A stretch of 53,965 nucleotides of DNA, the filler included, from Sphacelaria rigidula (taxonomy: Eukaryota): assembly GCA_964200075.2 (NCBI GenBank). It is 5 parts of 5 records of this genome, joined end to end, with 100 filler letters (N's around TTAATTAATTAA, not from the genome) between each part and the next. Parts side by side here need not be neighbours in the genome. Positions count along the whole stretch, not along the records: positions 43,254 to 53,965 come from CAXNAA020006039.1; 4 more parts are not named here. One strand, given 5' to 3'. The stretch's first letter is position 1. Each line of letters starts with the position of its first letter. A program made the translations under genes and the position numbers. The notes under the pieces are model-generated. The model ran no database searches. It saw only the letters and a program-made list of their open reading frames with translations, and was not told the origin of the DNA. Positions 48,641 to 53,965 of this stretch are shown here, one piece after another.

Positions 48641-49503
48641 CTGGATTGTGTGGGAGCCGGGATGCGTGAGAAGCAGAGATATTTGTCGGATGCGTGGAAC
48701 GAGTGAAAATCTTATTGTTATCGTCTACACAAGTGAAATAGTTTTGACTTCGGGGATCGGCCATGCTCAGTCAGGCACGCATCTGGGTGATCCACCCGCG
48801 CGAATACATCTTCTCCGTTGTTCTGTACCATGCCGCCACTGAAAAAATGTAGACACCATGCATCTGGCGAATTCCGCAGTCCAACATGAGAGATCAGATC
48901 TGCAGTAGTATGATAGAAGATACCAGCTGTGCGTATCTTCGTGTCCATTTCTCTGCATCCTTATTTACACAGGTAGCTGCGCGTCAAGCAGTTTGTCAAC
49001 CCACCCCCGTAACCCTCACCAAAGTGACAGGGCATGCAGCACCCCTGCTTTGAAACGTCTACGAATGACACGGAGAAGCCACGCAGGACAAGGAAGGCTC
49101 GAGCTGATGTAGAAAAATATCTCTCCCAATGCTGCACAGTCCACTGACTGACATTACAGTACAGTAGCGTGTCACACATTCGTCGTGATGTGCAGCACCA
49201 GTACTCCAAGAACCACAACAGTAGTACCAGTACAGACGTCTGGCGTGCAATTGCCCGCATCCTCCCGAATCATGCTCCTATACTATGTTGCGAGTTGCCG
49301 AGAGCTACACTGCAGAAGCAGCTCATCAGCATTGAAACAAGAGCTGCGACACTAATGGTGCACGAGACTCCACGGGTTACACTGCTGATTGCCACTGTCT
49401 CCTACAGGACACGTGTTGTCAGTACTACCGCTGCTCGAAGAGGTGATGCAGACACCAGCTGTGCATTAAGGGCTTCGCTATTTTGTACCAGGTCCAAGTT
49501 CAC

Positions 49504-49527
49504 CTTGACGTTGAATTTAGTCATCAT
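49504..49527 (-). CDS. DsbA/FrnE-like oxidoreductase, first coding exon
   Basis: MMTKFNVK|gtgaac joins VISDNVCPWC to give the family-typical start; an alternative in-frame donor follows 49489. Confidence 0.6.
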
Positions 49528-50506
49528 CGCGAGACTGGAGATTCTTCCTGTCTTGAGCTGATGAAAACAGGAACAACTTAAAATGCGTATACTACCAGTA
49601 TATCTGCTGGAGTGGTGTAGTTCGCGCTGGTTATATGCTGCGGTGTGCGGCAAACTTCTGCACGTGCCACCCTGTATCCGCGGGACGAAAACGACAAATA
49701 GACCCGCATCGGGAATCTATCTGGATTTTCAATATTTTTTATTATGCTCACATTTGCCTGATACCTCGAACCGGTGGTCGAAGACGTAGGCCCGCCTTTC
49801 CAGGACCACAACAGTAACTACTGTTGTTCCTTATGTAATATTGAAGCACCTACTGAGCGGCTTCTAATGAGACTACAAAACGACAAAAAAATCAGTTATG
49901 GAGATATTTCAGGGAAGTACAAGAGATAAAACTCCCCTGAGTTGGTCGGGGTTTCGTAGAACAATAACAATAAACAAATCAGATCTGCTTATGAAGTAAA
50001 GGAACTCGCCAATAACGAAAAGGAACTCGAGAGACGTGGTAGGAAACACGAAATATAACACAACCCAAGGGAATTGATTGATTGATTGATGTATCTGTAG
50101 CAAGGGATTGTCAAACGACATCCTCGGTACCTTGGGAGGAATACAGAGACGTTTCCAGCGTGCACACTAAGTGGTGAGAAACTTGCTTCGGCGACATTCA
50201 ATAGGCATCGAGGGAATTTCTTTTTTTTATGGTGGTAAGATGGCAAAATATTCCTTTGCAACCGCGCGTTGGTCGCGTTCACCTGCGTGGTTCCAAATTG
50301 TCCTGTAAAAATAACTTATTAACCACGATTTATCTTTTCCGATGACCGCGGGTCTGGCCAAAGCATGTAGCGGACAAATATACGCCAATTGCATAACTGT
50401 TCCGAACATTCAAAACAAGTCTCTCGTCGGTCAAAGGTCATACAGGCACTCTCCTCGCCTCGAGAGTTACGCTTACTGCACCCTATTCTCACGTTTCAGC
50501 TTCTTG

Positions 50507-50773
50507 ATGGCGAACGTTCACATCAATGGTCGCCACCACGGTGCTTCTGGTGCTGTAAATGGCAGCAGTGCTGTGAATGGCGGCGTGGACCACAAAACCA
50601 GCAACGGTTCAAGTAGCTTTTCTGCCCACCATCATGTGGAGCCCATGAAGTACATCGTGGTTACCGGTGGAGTGGTGAGCGGGCTTGGGAAGGGTGTGAC
50701 CATCAGCAGCATTGGGCGCATGCTCAAGAATTGTGGCCTGCGCACGACATCCATCAAGATCGACCCCTACCTG
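50507..50773 (+). CDS. CTPS: CTP synthase, first coding exon
   Basis: [43 protein letters not shown] is the canonical CTP synthase (PyrG) N-terminus; donor ctg|gtgagt. The expected next exon (N.D.GTMSP) was not found in the window. Confidence 0.95.
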
Positions 50774-52569
50774 GTGAGTGTTTGAATGGCTGGCTGTGTA
50801 TGTACTTCTCTGAAGTGTGTGCGTGTCTCATAAGTTTGAAATTTTACCAATTTTCGTCGCAGCGGCCATTAGGGGTACAAGCGGCACCGGTCATGCACGC
50901 GCTTTCGAGCACGCGATACGCGATAGGGCTGCTGGCTGCCCCAACTTCGCTGAGTGCTATCTACTGAGCATGGGCTCACCATAGAGTGGGGGCGTTGGGG
51001 TCATTGCAGCAGGCGTAGCCCGTCTAATGTTGCAAGTTTTTTTGCTCCGTCCTTCCAAATTTGAAATTCCGGTCGAAAATAGAGTATGAGGGCGCCAAAT
51101 GCCGCCACCTTCATACGAAATTGCACCCGAGCTGTCAACCATGCCTTTTGATTCAAGGGCAGTTTAGACACACCTCGATACAACACAGCACGAAGAATTC
51201 AAGGGCATGAGCTTGACTCTGTGTATCGTTTGCCTGTCTGCTTGCTCTATACATCGAACATGGTGCAAACGGGTCATACATTTTGTGACTACTGTATGGT
51301 TGATTCCTCAAAGAATTGAAAAATTCAAATTCAAAAATTGATCGTGTCACATGTAGTCAGTCGCACCTCACGCTGTACGGTGTGTGTCTTCTCGGAACAG
51401 AAAAATCGTTCACGCCGCATCGGTTCATCGGTTTACCATTCACTACTGATCCCCTGCGATTGGTCGGTGAGACACGCCCCTCACTGGAACAGGATATCAC
51501 TTCGCTCAAAAGGGAACATAAACGCACAAACCGCAAGGATGCGTGCGAAGATGTGACACGCGGCACAACACGACCACACATGACTGTGACAGCCCTATTT
51601 GCCGTCGGAGAAGCGAAGGCATCTAGCTCTATCCATAATGGCTGTTGATCAGTTGCAAACGTTTTTTCTAGCGTTACGTAGCCGACGCTATTTGAAATTG
51701 GATGAAAATGGATGAGTGGCGCAAGGCGCGCGCAGAAAACACCCACGCAACGGGTCAGCAACGACAGTTTTTAATCCTGTATATTGAGACAAACGCGATA
51801 CTTCTTGACAGTATTGAGCCAACTGAGCCCACTGGACCCCTTTTTTTGAAGTAGGAAATACCGATAATGATTTTTGACTGTTGTGTGTAGTTAAGCAACG
51901 GCTAGCGCTGGAGTTAATGTAACTCTGTCGCGGCGCATGTCGTGTGTGTTTTCGGGGCACGATGTGCAAGATTTGTTTTTCTTTTCGCTTTTTTTTGTTG
52001 CATCGTTACAGAATGTTGAGCCCATGAAGAAGGATCCACTGCAAGAAACACCGTATCTTTGTTTTTTTTGCACATCTGGCTTGGATCTGGATAAGAAAAT
52101 ACTCCCTCTGTCCTAAAAAATATGTCCCATTTGGGAATTCGGAATATAAGGTCGATCTATTGTTCAGAGCGTTGTAATGAGTTTTTTTGCCTCATTTTTT
52201 TTATCGTGCTCCCTATGGTAATCCTGTTGAAGAAATGGCCTAAAACAGGGGATGGTTCGGTTTCATCCCCTCCCATAATTTTTTATTTTACCCCAGACGG
52301 GATTCGCCGAAGATCTGGTCAGTAAGGAAGGAGACCGTGTCGTTTTTCCTCAGTTACGTGGCGAGGAAATATTTTTTTTCAGTCATTTTTTCCCGTGGAA
52401 TCTTGGCTATATGTAGCCACCTGTAGGCGTGCACTTGAAAAAGAAGAAAAATATTTCCCGCTGACCGGAAGCAAAACTACAAGGTGCCAGAAATTGAGAC
52501 CTTCAAACCAAAAAAAAGGCATGATGGAAAAAAAAGGGGAAAAAAAAGAGTGTTTTTTCGAAAAAAAAC

Positions 52570-52635
52570 GGTGTTCGAGGAGGGAATCGAACCTAGCACC
52601 TGCTCTTTCGTAGTCTAGAGCGTTTTATTCGACAT
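52570..52635 (-). other. Degenerate tRNA-like / SINE-head fragment
   Basis: Minus strand ...ctagactacgaaagagcaggtgctaggttcgattccctcctcg contains the B box GGTTCGATTCC; A box and acceptor stem are not intact. Confidence 0.4.
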
Positions 52636-53559
52636 GAGGTGCGAATCGGACTTATATTTTCGGACAGAGGGGAACAACTTTTTCTCCAGTCAATTTCGCA
52701 CGTGGTCGTTGTGAGGATAAATTTACGCGCGGAAACAGACTCTGGCACTCGTTCTTTCTGTCTCGCCGGGACGTGCTCTCAACAACTTTGCCGTGACGGT
52801 GTAATCCGCATGGGTCTGTCCAATTTTGTCGGGGAAAATGGACCACAAACAAGTAGCGCGTATGCAGCACACGCAACGAAACTGCCATAGCTCGAGACTC
52901 GAAAAATACAGCATTATGAACCGAGTGTTCTTTTTCCGTCTCCCCGAGACATTTCCCCGAGACGGGCTGTCATTCAAAATAGTTTTTTAGAGCAATTTAT
53001 GGACGTCATTTTTTCTTCGCGTCAGCTTGATCTTAGCTTTCAAGGTCGTGTATTGGTAGTCACGCCACACGCGACTCGTTTTCGGTCCGGCGCTTCAAGG
53101 CGGTCCGGATGCTACATGGAGGCTGGATCTGACATCGCTGTGGGTGTAGGCATAAAGATCAGTTCGTAGGTGGCAGTTGGGCGGGCGGACTGGGGAGATT
53201 GGAGCGGGGCAGGGGGGGGGGGGGTATTCATTTTCTGCTTGCCTTAGCCATTTGACCATTGGCTACGCATCCCTTTCGAGACGGAGCAAGGGAGGAGTTG
53301 CAGGGGTGTGTATGTGTGATGTCTTACGGCAGGCCCATGGCGTTCGGTACGTTGGGCTTGTGTCGGAAGAAACGTAAGTACGGAAGTCTCTGCGGATGCC
53401 CCTTGAGGGATCCCTCCGCGATAAATATCAGTCCACACGTTTTTCATGCTGTAGTATAGCCTGCCTCCCGAAAAAAACTTGGTCAAGGAAGCCGCACGGT
53501 GTCTTGCGTTATCTTTCTCATTCTACATCATTATCTCCCCCTCCACCCTCCCTCTCTCC

Positions 53560-53965
53560 TTGGCTCCCTCCTACCCCCTCGCCCCCCTTTCTACCGAATC
53601 GCCTGGCCGGCGAGAACCCGGCGTGCTCCGTCCCGGCTTCGTAGGGGCGGACCTCCGATGGGGTTGGCGTCGGTTGGCGATGACGCTACAAAACACGACA
53701 CTCACTGCGTAAGCTAGGCAACTAGGTTATCGTTTTTTTTTGCGCGCTTGCGTGTTTTTGCGGTAACCGCGATGGCAGTCGAGCTAGATCATGTTGTGCG
53801 GCATGGGAGAACCTCAACTCCGCACAATGAGGACGATCGTACTATGTTGTGTTTAGACGTTGAGACACTCATGAGGCCGTGTATAAGCCGTGGCTGTCTC
53901 TGGACGTGGCGATACCAGATAATAAAGCAACTCATTGTAGGCTATCATCCAAATGCAAGATGATC
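53560..53965 (+). repeat. Dispersed repeat (runs off the window end), partner of 40960-41420
   Basis: See the partner copy; lies within the first intron of CTP synthase. Confidence 0.8.

Overview
Eukaryotic, intron-rich genomic scaffold with N-gaps. It is most likely from a brown alga (Ectocarpus-like stramenopile); this is an inference from gene structure and repeat types. Five spliced protein-coding genes can be reconstructed by hand with consistent intron phases: (1) the 3' part of an Eps15-like EH-domain/coiled-coil/DPF endocytic adaptor (+, 424-7029, including a GC-AG intron); (2) the first three exons of a conserved coiled-coil protein absent from the ORF track (-, 16355-13168); (3) a large disordered protein with a C-terminal right-handed beta-helix, encoded mostly by one ~4.2 kb exon (-, 40244-35037); (4) a DsbA/FrnE-like oxidoreductase (-, 49527-45620); (5) the first coding exon of CTP synthase (+, 50507-50773). 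Most of the remainder is a transposon graveyard. It holds a dense cluster of nested fold-back MITEs (17.2-21 kb, including a 479-bp near-perfect hairpin), a three-copy MITE family with 2-bp TSDs, and a CACTA-like element that carries a paralogue of its own flanking sequence plus a palindrome array. It also holds a repeated decayed coding sequence of unknown family, LINE RT relics and tRNA-derived SINEs. No rRNA, intact tRNA or CRISPR array was seen. All family assignments come from motif recognition, not database searches.
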